A stretch of 64,000 bases of DNA, from NCBI GenBank assembly GCA_038087875.1, contig CM075990.1, forward strand, positions 8,992,001 to 9,056,000, in the 5' to 3' direction. The notes beneath the pieces were generated by a model that did no database searches, was not told where the DNA came from, and saw only the letters and a list, made by a program, of their open reading frames with translations. This DNA comes from Malacoraja senta. Taxonomy: Eukaryota. This document shows, piece after piece, positions 50,241 to 63,921 of this stretch (position 1 is the first letter of the stretch; each line of letters opens with the position of its first letter). The position numbers were made by a program, and so were the translations under genes.

Positions 50241-50592
50241 ATCAGGTACTCCAAGCCGCGGGAGTTTCGACCGCCCAGACGCGTGAGTTTCGGTAGCCCC
50301 GACGCAGGAGTTTCGATCACCCTGACACGGGGGCTTCGGTCGCCGTCTGCGGGAGCTTCGATCGCCCAAATGGATGGTTCGACTGCCCCGACCGCGGGAG
50401 AATAAAGAGGAAGAAGATTGGACTTTTTTGCCTTCTATCACAGTGGGGAATGTGGGGAATCCGCTGTGGTGGATGTTTATGTTGACTTTTGTGTATTTGT
50501 GTGTCTTGTTGCTTTTTTTTGGTATGGCTGCATGGTAATTCACATATCACTGTACCTTAATTGGTACGTGACAGTAAAAGACCTTTGAAACC
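50241..50592 (+). mobile_element. 5'-truncated copy of the 37844-38565 family
   Basis: High similarity to the reverse complement of ~37850-38170. Confidence 0.72.
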
Positions 50593-51789
50593 CTTTGATC
50601 ATTGTGCAAGGTTCAGACAATGTTCTTGGCTGCATACACCAAGAACTAATTAATAATCAGGCTGATAAGTATTCAGTAAGTATTATTTACACCAACACAA
50701 GTGTCTTTCAATTATCATCCTCAACAAGAGCGAGTGCAACCATCTCCTCTTCATCGCAATGTCATTTCCATTATTGAGATCCATCATCTATCTCCTGGCC
50801 ATAGACCTTGGGCAGAAACTGACTGAGATAGACATATAGACTCTCAACTCTCTGGTTACCAGAACAGGTTAAAGGCTAGAGTTCCTGTGACAAGGATCTC
50901 ACTTGACACGCTAAAGCCTTTCCCTTCTGCAACTCATAAAATTGATGGAATATTCACCACTTGCCTGGGTAACTTCAGCTGCTGAACTCAAAAATCCCAG
51001 GAGTAGGCAAAGCAGCCTATTTGATCAGCACCCTATCCAGCACCCCAAACATTCACCCCACCCCCCCTCCCCCACAACTGTCACACCTTGACTGCAAGTT
51101 GTGTCCACTTAAAAAATGCATTGCAGGAATTCACTCACTGGAGCTGTCAAACTTTAATCTCTACTGTCCAGCAGGGCAAGGCAGTGGGCACTTACACCAA
51201 GGTCAACACCATACTGTATGAGAGCAAGCGTGGCCGTCAGGTTCATGGTGAGTTTGGGCCATTGGGGATGAGTGCGAGAAGATTTGAGTCAGTGACCTAC
51301 GGACTGCTGGTGTTTGTAAGATCAGGTAATAGTGTGTTTAACAGCTCACTTCATACTAGCTTGACTCCAGCATTTTGTATCTAATATACAGTTTGATTAG
51401 CAATGAAAATGGCTCATGACTTGCTGTTAAAATTTGTTACAATGGTAAACATTTACTGACAGTGAATTCCATCGGCCACATGTTATGTCCATTCAAGCTT
51501 TGTATTTAATTTGTCTCTGCAGTTTCCAAGTCTTAGAACTATAATGTTTCCTGATCATGTACCACACATCCGTCAGTCCCTCCTTCCACCAGACCTGCCC
51601 TCTGCACTGGGTTTGTGAAGCACTGTGTTTACATATTCTGTTGTGCTGCTGCAAGTAAGAATGTCATTGCTCTCTCTCGGACATACGACAATAAAACACT
51701 CTTGACTTTCTCTTAACTTGTTTCTGCCTGCAATGATCACTGACTTGTGCTCAGGACCAGTACTCCTGATGCTCTTGTTTCTCTTTCAT

Positions 51790-52228
51790 TTAATTTAGTT
51801 TAGTGATACAGCTTGGGATGTGAGAGGAAACCAGAGCACCTGGAGGAGACCCACGCGGTCACAGGGAGAATGGGCACATTTCACACATACTGCGCCCAAG
51901 GTCGGGATCTTTAGACTTTAGTCTTGATGAGATGCAGTGCAGAAACAGGCTCTATGGCCCACCGAGTCCCTGCCAATCAACGATCACCCCGTACACTAAC
52001 ACTATCCTAGACACTAGGGACAATTTTACAATTTTTTAACCAAACCCAATTAAACCCCAAAACTGTATGTCTGTGGTGTGTGGGAGGAAACCGGAGCACC
52101 CGGCGAAAACCCACGTGGTCACAAGGAGAGAGTGCAAACTCCGTATAGACAGCGTCCTTAGTCAGGATCGAACCCGGGTCTCTGGTGCTGTAAGGCAGCT
52201 ACTCTACCGCTGCGTCACCATGCCGCCC
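51790..52228 (-). mobile_element. Two adjacent or nested V-SINE-type copies
   Basis: Partial copy at ~51790-51910 and a full copy at ~51912-52228. Confidence 0.8.
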
Positions 52229-52258
52229 GAACACGGATCCACAGCCCTGCCTCCTGTG

Positions 52259-52458
52259 NNNNNNNNNNNNNNNNNNNNNNNNNNNNNNNNNNNNNNNNNN
52301 NNNNNNNNNNNNNNNNNNNNNNNNNNNNNNNNNNNNNNNNNNNNNNNNNNNNNNNNNNNNNNNNNNNNNNNNNNNNNNNNNNNNNNNNNNNNNNNNNNNN
52401 NNNNNNNNNNNNNNNNNNNNNNNNNNNNNNNNNNNNNNNNNNNNNNNNNNNNNNNNNN
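52259..52458. other. Assembly gap (200 N)
   Basis: Run of N. Confidence 1.
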
Positions 52459-53339
52459 CTGTAAATGGTGATGATATTAATGGTGTTACTACTTTCTTGC
52501 ACTTTCATTATTAGCCATTCGGAACCTTATCATGACCTTAGACTTCACCAAAACCTGAATTGGCCAGTGTTTTCCTAGTTCACCGACACTAGCCTTATTC
52601 TACAACCAATAATTAAATACTTCTATTCACCCGCAGCTATTTTGAGGTTTAATTTTAGAGTTATCCTGGAATGCCCCCGGCCTATCCCTAATCTCATTAA
52701 TCCTTCTAACTGTGCAGCACAACTGCGTGGGAGTCACAACTCGGGTTCATTTGCAGGAGGCCTTAAACTGTTCTCTGGCAAAGAGGAGATAGAACATACT
52801 CTGCCCAATGTTCTTGATGCGATAATTACATTTCATTTTGTGACTCTTGCCCTTTGTTTCTCTTGTGGCACATCCCCACATTATAAACAAAATGGCACTC
52901 CAGGGTTCTTAATTGGCTATGAAATGCTTTAGGGATTTACTATATATATGTGCAACCCCATTTTAATTTCTGAACCTACACTGCTCTGTGCAAGTGCATC
53001 GAATCTATTCATTGCTAATCAGCACTGTGGGCAAATTCTGTGGTATCAAAGATTAGGAGGCCACATGACCTCTCAAGTCAGAATCTCCATTCAATAGGAT
53101 GATGGTTGCTTTGATTATAGCCTCAACACTTTTCTTCCTGCTACTCACAATAAACCAAAAATCTATCTCAGCCTTGGATATCTTCAATGATTCCGTTTTT
53201 ACAGGTTTTGCGTCAGAGAATTATTTTGTGCATTTCTCCTGAATCTGCTTTCACACATAATAAAAAGATCATAGGGCAGGGAAATTGGACTGTCAGCCCA
53301 CTTTGTCCATGCAGGTCAACTCTATTAATCTGTCTGTAC

Positions 53340-53702
53340 GGACACAAAGTGTTGGAGTAGCTTAGTGGGTCAGGCAGAATCTCTGGAGAACATGGATAGG
53401 TGATGTTTTGGGTCTAGACCCTTCGTCAGTGCAGCATCAAAGACACTTTTTGTCTTTTGTTTTGTAAACCAGTTTCTGCATTCCAGAGACCAGGCCCTGC
53501 CCAACCTGCAAAGTTACTCTGGTATTTTGTGTCTTACTTTTGTAAACCAGCATCTGCAGTTCCTTGTGTCAATCTGAAGGACCCCAACCCGAAACGCCAC
53601 GCCACCAATCGATTTTTTCCAGGGATGCTGCCTGACCCTCTTAGTTACTCCAGTACTTTCTGCCTATATTTTGTAAACTAGCATCTGCAGTTCCTTGTGT
53701 TT
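53340..53702. mobile_element. Cluster of degenerate Penelope pLTR fragments (inverted and tandem)
   Basis: Repeated ttgtaaaccagcatctgcagttccttgtgt motifs and an inverted arm at ~53340-53430. Confidence 0.65.
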
Positions 53703-55549
53703 CTGTCTGTGCAGATCCCATCCTATAGCACTTGATCTACAATATTTTATATGAAGGCATTTCATATAAAATGCCGCATCACAATACTAGTTAAGCATTG
53801 TGAGGGTTTCTGCCTCCCAATGTTTGGGTAGTGCAATGCAAATCTGAACACCCCCCCCCCCCCCCCCCCCCGGATCATAAAGTCCTGCTTCAAATCCCTT
53901 TTAACTCTCATACCCTTAAGTTAAACTGATCTCCTCTGATTATAGTTTTCCTTCTACATTTTGGATTTTGGTTGACCTCTAAAGTCCTGCTTGGTTTTCC
54001 ACTCCACTGCCAAATTAGCTCTTAGCCCTGCAAGGATTTTGGAATTGCTCCGTTCAGGTGCAATCATTTAGCTTCTAAAGGATCCAATTCTTCAGGAACG
54101 GTCGCAGTGATGCCAAAATCTAATGCCCTCCTTATTGCATGCAGTACCTTTTCAATGATGCATCCCTGTGACCTATCATTCTAGTCCCTTAGCTTCCTGC
54201 ACTCTGAGGAATAAAGTCTTAGGTTGCCCAATCGCTCCCTATAGCTCGGGCCCTCGAAACCTACCTCCATATTAGTGGGTTTATGTACGAGTTTTAATTC
54301 AGAAAGTGGATTTTGAACTGGAACACTGACCTCACCTGCCAATTTCAAACCTCCTTGCATTAATTCCTTTCACTTCCCGTCTGATAATATGTTGAAGATC
54401 TGTGTTGCTAGTGTTGAATAGTTTGAATTATTATGGAGCTTAGGATGAAATTAGAGAAGGCACTGAATAGGCAGGGGAAAGGTAAATAATATGTTTGAAC
54501 AATATATATCTTACAAAGCTAGTCAGAATTAATAATCAGTTTAGGTGCTTTCTGTTGAAGATTCACAGGATCAGCGGCCACCTTTGACTGTCTTTCACTT
54601 CAACCTGGTAAAGCTGCGTCTATCATTTTGTGTGGTAGATGTATTAAATAAGGGCAGCATGTGTTGCTGAAAACACTTTTTGGTTTTCATTTTTTCTCAA
54701 AACAAAGGTGGCTATTGAAACAATACTATCAATCCCATTGCTCCATATTTTTCATATAACCTATTCTCCCTCTCACTTGCCTACACTGATGTTCCTACCA
54801 CACTGTTACTAATTAAAAAACAACCCGCACTTCTTTGGGATGTGAGGGGAAACTGGAGGACCCGGAGAAAACACATGGTCACAGGGAGAATGTGCAAATT
54901 CTCCACAAACTGGATAACAAAGTCAGAATTCAACTATATCTACTGCATCACTGTGTTGTCCCTCTCTTAGATGGGCTGAGTTGATAAAAGTCTTTATCCA
55001 CTATGTTAAGGTTGGAACAGACTTCATTATATGGTAAAGACAGATCTATATTTGCAAATATTACTTAACTGCCATAAATCAATGATTCACCGCCTGCCGT
55101 CATTGTTGTTGTCTCAGCTCATGTATGAGATCCAGCCAGATAGACCTTATAGGTGCAACACCATTTGCCAGTCTGAAACCTGGTCATTGCCAGAAATTGT
55201 CCATCGATCTAGTTTGACACCTTTGGATGGACCATGGGATGATGGGAAGGGTTGGGCGTGGAAGAGAGGGACTAATGGCTCATTTTACCAGGTGCGAAGA
55301 GTGAAGAAACAAATGCATTTTATTTCTTGTGCTTGCTTAAGAATGTTGGTGAGCATTCCACATGTGAGTGAGATGAATGGGAATTTGTGAGTGAGTGGAA
55401 GCGAGCTGGAGGAAAATTTGAAATGACATTGCTTAATATGTATCCATGAATAAAATCAGTTGTAGTGGAGATTTCTGAGTCCCGACTGTTCACACTAATC
55501 ATGTAATAAGTGCAGAAAACAATAAATTGCGTGGGCAATAGAAATGTAA

Positions 55550-58500
55550 TTTTATTTTAAACTTTCTCCAATTAATGCATCAAGCTGAGAGCAACAAGCT
55601 GAGAAGTAGCTCAGGTAAACAAACTAAATAGATAGATAAAACCTCCATGCTGCTGTTTCCATATCTTTCAATGTCATACGGAATTCAATTTGAATACATT
55701 TAAAAATCTAAATCTGTCCATCATCCACAGTGTATTTTCTTGAATTGTGTATTCTTCATAATACAATTAATGAACGCTTGCTTCAAAGAATGTGATGGTT
55801 ACAGTTCCTATTTGGATGCTTAACCGTGTTGTTAAAGGAAACCTTGCATTTACATGACATTTTATGTCTCCTAGAATACACTGCAAAGAACTTTGCAGTC
55901 TCTGAAGGTACTGTTTGTGGCCAGCAAAATGTCGCAACTTTGGTGGAGAATGTTTTCTCTGTACACGGTATAAGCCAAGTAGTGCCGCACCTATAAATGG
56001 AGCAGTGCCTTGGCTCATTTGTACAGGTGTCAGGAATGCAGTCATTTAGGGATGATTCCCAGATGAATCAAATTTGGCAGCAAAGTTTAGGAAATGATAA
56101 AGTGCAAACATAAAATGCTGCAAATCAGGTCAGTGTCTGGTCAGAAAGAAACTGTCTCTTCATTTGGGGATTAACAGTTTGCCATTTTAGCAAATGCTAT
56201 GGAAGGCTTTATTTAGTAGTTTTGCTACAAAGAGCAAAGTTGTTTTCCTGAGGCTTAGTCATATTGTCATCTTAACAAATGCTTAGTTGGTTTTAAATCA
56301 TGGCTTTGAAATGGAGACCAAGGTGGCTTGAGTTTGCCTTATATTAAGCATTCACACAAATTAAGACTAGTAGGAGCACATGAGTAACAACCTTTTTATT
56401 CATGTCCCCAGCCCAAGATTAGACCTGGATTTCAGTTTCCATTCCAGGGAAGACTGAACATGTCAAAATGTGCAACACAGTTGACAAACTAAATATTGCC
56501 AGATTCCTGACTAAAACAGGAGCCACCTGCTGGGAGTTATTATTATAACAGCGAGGCACTATATTACTGTGCAATGCAAACAGCACTTACCACCTAAAGC
56601 AACAAGAACGATTGCAGCAAACTGTTAAATCCTACTTCCGACTTGGTGCCGCGTACTCAGCTTAGGCACAACTCTCCGACACAGATCATTTAAAGTGCAA
56701 CTGCTCATTAATTTAATCTATTATGTAGCTCCACAGATTTAGTCAATAATTAACTTTGCATATACATTAAGTGAACTGTCTGAACCTCATTTCATCATTA
56801 CAACTGCAAATATTGCACTTAGACACAGCAGCCCGCTTGATACAGAATTGGTTATAATTAGCAACTTATAAATCCACAAGGACCTGGGCAATATGCAATT
56901 GAACAATTCACGAACACCCGTAATGAATATGTATATATGTTATGAACGAACTTGCATTTATGATGTATTAAATATCTGAGGTTACTGCAATACTACAAGA
57001 AACAGGAGGAGTGATTATAGTGTGATAGGTTTACACAGGCAGTTCCCGCTACAAATATGGATATTGGAATTTGTATGGAATTACAATGTTATGAACTGAA
57101 TATGAAACAATATGATCCATATGAACTAAATGAGGACCAGGTTTCTGACAATGCATCCCTAACTAAGTATATCTCCTCTCAACTCCCTGTGTCAAATGTT
57201 ATAAGACATTGAGTCATGTGAATTTTAACTTGGGAATGTAACAATTTGACAGCATTGTGCATTGACCACTGCTGTTTACACACACCTAGAACCTTGGTGC
57301 AGTTCCATGTGATAAATGATGACATTTTAACAAGATCTCTATTGCTGTACCTCCCAGTTTCATTTTACATTTGCTTCATACATTTAGATAAGCACTAAGA
57401 TTGGAGGAGAATCCAGGGATTCTATAATAAATGTTGAAAAATGCAGAAGCTCATGCTGATACAGGCTGAATGGGCTACTTCCAGGAATAAAAATATTCAT
57501 TCTTCAATTTGTACATGGGTTCTTCCAATGGTCTGGTTTCAACCTACATTTCAAAAATGTGTGGGTAGGTGAAGTGGCTACTGTAAATGACCCTTTATAC
57601 GGGTTGATGGACATTAGAGAGAGAAAATATTACGGGGAAATAAATGGGCGATTAGGAATGATAGGATTGCATGGACGACGGGCCAAATGGCTTCCTCTGC
57701 CTCTTTGTGCAAAATTATTTTAAACATTTCAAAACGTGGTCCAATCCAGCAAAATATTTATGCATGACAAAATGTGGGGTGGGACAGGAAAGAGTTTGTT
57801 TAAATTCAAAGTCAAGTATTGCTTCAATGAGTCAGACTCAGGAACCGACATATTGGGATGGGGGAGGTTGGTCGAGATTTCCTGCCTCCAATTTGTCAGG
57901 GTCTAACAAGAGAGAGCAAAAGACAGTGACCATGTTACAATAATAGGTGTAGCTTCCCTCCATTAGCACGGACCAGCATTTCAAAAGGATTTGACAATAA
58001 AAGCCAAGAGAAATCTCACTCAACTCTCCTCCACCTCATCTCACCTCTGAACCTGAAGTACATGGTGGACTTGTACATTCAGATGGACTGCTACTTGGAA
58101 TAATTTTATGTGGAATTCTCTGTGACAATATGTAAAATCTGAACAATATGTAAAATCTAGCCTAAAGGTAACTCCAGTTTCTGCCTTTCTATCCTGCACT
58201 GGTAAATTTATTTAACGATTGGTTTACTGTTTGAGGCTGAGGTCACAGGTTTCATCTTATTTCTGGCAGTGAGGGTGATATAAACAGTCTAAGTGTATGC
58301 CAGCTGTAGTAATTGCATGCACACAATCTGGAATGATAAAGTTAACTCTTATTGAAAAGTGATGACCAGTTGCCATTTCAGGGGGGTAGTCATAGCATCA
58401 ACTTAAATTAGGCATTTTACACTCAACAGTTGAAGACAATCTGAGCTCTTGCTAAAATCACTGTTGTATTGTTTGACAGTTGGAATTAAGCACTTCCCTA

Positions 58501-59776
58501 CCAACGCAATAGGACTACATCAGAGATGCATGTTGTGCCCAAGGTGATGCATGCCAAGGCGCAGGAATACAGCCCAAAATCCGACGTTGTTTGCCCAGTA
58601 TATCGGTGACCTCAAAAAGGCACTAAGGAATTGTGAAATTCCCACACCATCTGTCTATGTAGCCTCTCCAAGGGAGGATGTCAAATTACTAGAGAGATCT
58701 GTTCTGTGGGTTTATGCCTACTGAGGTCTAGTTTGTAAGACTGCCTAAAAGATGCAATGAAGATCAGTTAAACCCACAAAGGAAGGAGAATAGCCCATGA
58801 ATCTGACATGAATTTAAACATTTGAGATGAAAGGTCATGACTGTGATTCGTGGCACAGTTATTTAAAATATTTGGCATTTAGCCATCTATCTGTTGGTGG
58901 GTTATAATCTGTTGGTGTACATAATCAAATACACTGTAAAATGTGCATGAGTGATGCATGGAAAGGAACACAACATCCCTTTCCACCAAATGGCCTTAAC
59001 ATTGAATGTTGCCCAGCGTCAGTTGAATTGAAAAGATTGGTACTCTCTTCTGGTTGCCTTTAGAGGATTAGGCAAGCTGACGGAAATATCTTCTGAAATA
59101 TTTGAAACATTAGACTTGATGCCCATTCTTTCTGGTAAAGATCTTGTAAGTATGATTCCCATTCCAGGCAATTTAATGCTGTATTTTTTTTATTACTTAT
59201 ATTAGAATCTAAACCTCCAGAATTTTAACTTAAATATATTTTTAATCTAATAGTTTAAACAAACAAAAATATTCAACTCAGATGGGTCAGCTAAGATTAA
59301 AATTACCACTTTCCTGGTAAATTGCCTTCTCTTATCGTCTTTCCAATCATAACATGTTTAATCAGATTAACTGAAATAAAAGAAAACAAAGTACTAACAC
59401 AGTTTTTGCTTAAAATAAATCCTGCTCTTCATGCCTCTGTCAAGCTTTACAACTTAGTGATTCATGTCCAAGTCATTACAGATTCAAAAACTGTTCCACA
59501 ATTAATTTTCTTGTCCTGTCCCACCCTGGCAAAATCTGACCAAAATGTTTGATGTTCTGGATTCTCCAAAAGCAAAAGGCCACACACTGCAAATATAGAG
59601 TGTCTCAAGAGTCTGCAAATGCCGGTCTTTGCCATTGCATCAGTCTGGTCAGCAGGAACTGTCATTTAGAATGAGGGAAGTTAATTGGGTCAAGTTAACA
59701 GTTGCCATATCCAGACTTGGTGAAATCTCATCTGGCAGGCAGACTTGTACTATGAGTATTTAACACCAGGCTTCAG
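55550..59776 (-). other. Putative long 3' UTR of the CCSER2-like gene (distal end uncertain)
   Basis: AT-rich, nearly free of young repeats, directly downstream of the stop. Candidate minus-strand AATAAA signals (tttatt on +) near 56395, 56208 and 55551. Confidence 0.45.
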
Positions 59777-60715
59777 TTAGCCCTGAAAATTGCAACTTGT
59801 GGGAGTGGATGCATGCGTCTTTGGTTTAGGAAGGCGAGAATGTCGAACAGATGATGCAAGTTTGTCTGCCTGGGATTCATCACCCTGATCTTTTGCAGAA
59901 CAATCTTCTCTGTGCTTCTTTTGTTGCTTGTCTGATGGTAGGATCTGAAATGATGGTTCGTCTTGGTATTTGGTGGACTCAACCTGTTGGGTCTCCTTGT
60001 GAAGAGACCCAGGACTGGATGAAAATGCTGAAGTCTTAATGCTCAGAAGTGGTGAAGATAGGGAAGGTGATAGTTTGGATTTTCTTTTTTGTTGTTCATC
60101 TTTTTGTGTAGAAATATTTGTGGGTATTGATAATTGGAGGTGTTGTTCTGATTCCTTTTGATTATTTATAGATGGTTGAACTGACCTGTCTACAGGGCAA
60201 AGTTCTGCTTGAGAGATTGCAAGCACATTTTTTCTAGGCTTAGAGACCAAAGGAGACTTCACGATTGAAGTCTGGATTTTGGATTTAACATTCAAATCCT
60301 TGGAAGGTAGACACTGTTTGAAAGCAAACCTGGGACGATAGTCTTTATTCAAGGCTTCTTCTGTAAATAATGAGGAGCCGGGCAAACTGACCGGCTGGAC
60401 TGAAACCTGACTATGCCCATGTTCCCTAGGCAGAGCAGCTGGACTCTGCTTGGTCTTGTTAGAGACTGGGGGTTTCTGGGCAGATCTGTCATTAGAGTCT
60501 TCATTCTTCTGTTGGGTCGACAGAGTGAAGCCTTTATCAGAATCCAACTGTGAGCAAACAACATTTTTTCCATCTTGGTTAGTTTGAGGGCAGTTCTCAT
60601 TAGATCCATTCTTCTGATTCCTACTGGGGTCCTCGGTATGGACTGGTTTTGCTAATTTTCCCATGCTGCGATCTTTGGTGCTGCATGTGTAGCTGGAAGG
60701 CTGTAGTACTGGAGG
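59777..60715 (-). CDS. CCSER2: Terminal coding exon of a CCSER2 (FAM190B/GCAP14)-like serine-rich coiled-coil protein; 312 codons plus TAA
   Basis: Minus-strand acceptor ttctgtttctttcaacag precedes 60715. The phase-0 frame is open to TAA at 59777-59779. It starts PPVLQPSSYTCSTKDRSMGKLAKP and ends LASSVRHSRLPKPKTH+11 aa, resembling my recollection of the human CCSER2 last exon (PQVLQPSS...GKLIKP ... LASNRYSRLPKPKIH). Ser/Pro/Gln/Lys-rich and non-repetitive. Confidence 0.8.
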   Translation of the reverse strand, partial: PPVLQPSSYTCSTKDRSMGKLAKPVHTEDPSRNQKNGSNENCPQTNQDGKNVVCSQLDSDKGFTLSTQQKNEDSNDRSAQKPPVSNKTKQSPAALPREHGHSQVSVQPVSLPGSSLFTEEALNKDYRPRFAFKQCLPSKDLNVKSKIQTSIVKSPLVSKPRKNVLAISQAELCPVDRSVQPSINNQKESEQHLQLSIPTNISTQKDEQQKRKSKLSPSLSSPLLSIKTSAFSSSPGSLHKETQQVESTKYQDEPSFQILPSDKQQKKHREDCSAKDQGDESQADKLASSVRHSRLPKPKTHASTPTSCNFQG

Positions 60716-62219
60716 CTGTTGAAAGAAACAGAACGTTTCAGATTATGTTAAATTTAATAATGATATAGCTAAGAGCCTGGCAGATACATGCTTGTTTGCT
60801 TTGAGCACCTGGACATCATGCAGAAGCAACATTGAGGGTTGAAGACAAGCAGACAGCACAGCAGCCATTCTTTGGAAACACAATCTTTCAGACGATCACG
60901 AAGGGGGTGTTCAGAACAAATGGATTTGATAATTGTGAAATGAAAACCACACAGAGTGCAAATAAATAAATTGTTAAGAACAACGGGTAATATACAAACC
61001 TTTCTGTACGTCTGTCCAGATCATTCATTGCAAATTAACATGGCTCAAAAGGTTCAAAAGATAAATGAGTATTACAATTCTTATTTTTGAAATTATTTTA
61101 TACTGCTGGACTAGCAATCCAGGGAGAATTAAATTCACACCACTGGAATTTATGTATTTGCATTTATTTAAAATCTAGAAATGGGAAAGCAATTATCAGT
61201 AAAGGTGAAACTTCAGTGTCGTGTCAACCACCATCTATTATGCTGGACAACATGCAATTGCCAAAACATACAGAAGACTTTGAATTGGCTAAGCAAACCC
61301 TTCAGTTATATCAAAAGGAAAGGCTACTGACATTTTTTCAGGGTAACCAAATGAGCAATATAACTGCAAGCCTTGACAGTAACATTAAGTAATGCCAGTG
61401 AATCTTTTGTGGCATTGCTCATGACAATTTTATATAATTCCAAGATCTCCAAGACACACAATGAATATGTGCCATCCTGCTGTTAATGCAATGTGTTTAA
61501 TTAGACTACCATTTAAAGGCCACAAAATCTAATTGGTATAAATGAGCATATTTTCTGAGATCAATTAGAGGCTAATTTCTATCATTAAGGGAATTTGCTG
61601 ATTAGCAGGTGCTTGGAAATTCACAGCTCTGGGTTAACAAACCCATAGTCAAAAAATGTCCATCCCCCTTTTTTCCCCTACCTTTGACACTTAAATTAAA
61701 ACCTTGGGTTAAAACACATTTGTTATGTGGAAATTCATTTAAATGTCCAGGTCATTAATATCTGATTATCCTGGTATTTGCACATAAACAATTCACAATA
61801 ATTACACATGAGCAGACTGGAGGACAGGCCAGGTTCAGAGTGCATCAGCAATAAAAAGGACCATAATTTTACCATGCTGGTGAATTTTATTGTAGCATTT
61901 ATAAAAATGCCATTTTTTGTACTGATTCTGTGTAAGAATAATATAATGGTGGACACTAATAATTCTGGCAATCTTTCAGCCCAAACTTGGCATAACTCGT
62001 CTTTCTTTGCTATTGAATGAAACCCAGAATTTGCAATTTTAATCAACAAGTGATTTACAGAACCCCTTCCACAAGTATATGACTACAGGATAATCTTCCT
62101 TGATTGAAGATCTGTTTTGAATTTTGGGCAGCTGAAAATTGAACTGTTACTCTTCCTTTTCCCCTGATAGGTTAGCTAACAGATTACTATATAATTTGAA
62201 TAACTGCCATTTTTGGTTC

Positions 62220-62700
62220 ACAAGACATAGGAACAGAATTTGGCCATTTAGCCCATCAAGTCTGCTCTGCCATTTCATCGTAACTGCTCAATTTATCCTT
62301 CTCAACCCCATTCTCCTGCCTTTTTCACGTAACCTTTGATGTCCATACTAATCATGAACCTATCAATCTTGGATTTAAAAATACCCAATGACTTGGCCAC
62401 CACATCTGTTCATGGCAATGATTTCCACAAATTCCTCCTCATCTTCATTCTAAAATTACGTTATTTTATCCTGTGCCCTCTAGTCCTAAACTCTCCCACT
62501 ACTGGAAACATCCTCTCCACATACACTCAATCGAGGCCTTTCAATATGCAGCAGGTTTCAATGAGATCGCCCCTCATCCTTCTAAACTCCAACGAGTACA
62601 GGCCCAGATCCATCAAACGCTCCTCATACGTTAACACAATCATCCTGGGATCATTCCTCTGGAATCCCAGCACATCCTTCCTCAGATATGGGTTCCAAAT
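62220..62700 (-). mobile_element. CR1 3' fragment, intronic to the CCSER2-like gene
   Basis: gtttcaatgagatcgcccctcatccttctaaactcc, as in the long CR1 at ~45470. Confidence 0.82.
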
Positions 62701-62949
62701 TCAGGTTCAGATTCTGGCCTTGTATTTAATTTCACTTTAGCTTTTTAAGCTGTTCATGTGACTGTAACACAATAGTCCAAATGTAAAAATATTTACTTAT
62801 TTACAAATTAATTTTGTAGTCTTGCACTTATTTTCCTTAGACTGTTTTCATAAGGCATTCCGCCCATTCTGGATATCAAGCCTGCTATATCTCTCAACTG
62901 CTCCAACACATTTATATCCTTCCATAAATAAGGACATTGATATGATACA

Positions 62950-63625
62950 CAATACTGGATGCAAACTCACCTATGCCCTTTACAACGGAAGCATTATCCA
63001 ACTACTTTGCATTTGATTCCCCTTGCAAAATAAAACATTGTTAGTTTTCCTAATCACTTGCTGTACCCACAAACTAGTCTTCTGAGTCACCCAGATCTCT
63101 CTGTGTATCAGAGCTCTGCAATCTCTTATTTATCTCTTCTACCAAATTGTTGTCCTCTCAATTAACCTGTCTCTGTTTCTTTCAACCTCATGTCCTCTTT
63201 GCAATTTACTCTTTTATCTATTTTTGTGTCAACAGCAAATGAGTCATTTATTGAAAGAGGTTGAGACTCCAGCAGTGATGTCCATTTTAAACCATTTGTT
63301 ACATCTTCCAACCTGAAGTGAGCCATTTATGACCACCCTCTGTCTTGTTAGGAAGCCAATATTTTATCCATGCCAATGTGGTATTTCTATACCATGAGCT
63401 TTTATTATATCTTTTAATAACCTTTAAATTCTTAATCACATGCCTCTAGGTATATTCAATGGTTACCCTTCATCCACAGCACATTACGCCTTCAAATCAC
63501 TTCAATAAATTGGTCAAACAAGGGTACTCATTCACAAAATGATGCTGCCTTCTCCTGCTTGTATTGTTCGTTGGGCCTTTATTCAGCCTCTACTTTCTTT
63601 CCAAATAACAGAGTTACATTCGCTA
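62950..63625 (-). mobile_element. Old, highly degenerate CR1 RT fragment
   Basis: Patchy collinear similarity to the RT region at 45650-46560. Confidence 0.55.
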
Positions 63626-63754
63626 TTTTCTAGTGTGCTGTAATCATACCCGGATTTTGAAAAAGTAAAACCCATCCATCAATCCTCTCACCAGCCATTT
63701 CCAGCAACCCTGGAATTTAGTGCACCAGTGCCTATGGATGTCAGCAATTTCCAA

Positions 63755-63921
63755 GGGGTGGGAGATTGCAACCTTCACGTGCAATTGTGCACGCCAGGTT
63801 GATTGCAACCCTGTTTCAACGAATGCAATCAACCTGGCGTGCACAATCAAGTAAGATCAAATAGAACAAGTTGTCCTACAACTTTAGGCTGTGCACGTCA
63901 TACGCAAGAAGAAGAAGAAGA
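63755..63921 (+). mobile_element. HDV-ribozyme-headed SINE-like retroposon, copy 2 (ribozyme disrupted by an inverted duplication)
   Basis: 12-bp TSD AGCAATTTCCAA at 63743-63754 and 63922-63933. Starts GGGGTGGGAGATTGCAACCTTCACGTG and ends in a (GAA)n tail. Confidence 0.85.

Noticed and set aside
48762..50405. 207-aa and 296-aa Ser/Pro/Thr-rich ORFs
   Set aside because: These are alternative frames of the C-rich L2 element.
52067..52508. ORFs spanning the N run
   Set aside because: Artefacts of the assembly gap plus SINE sequence.
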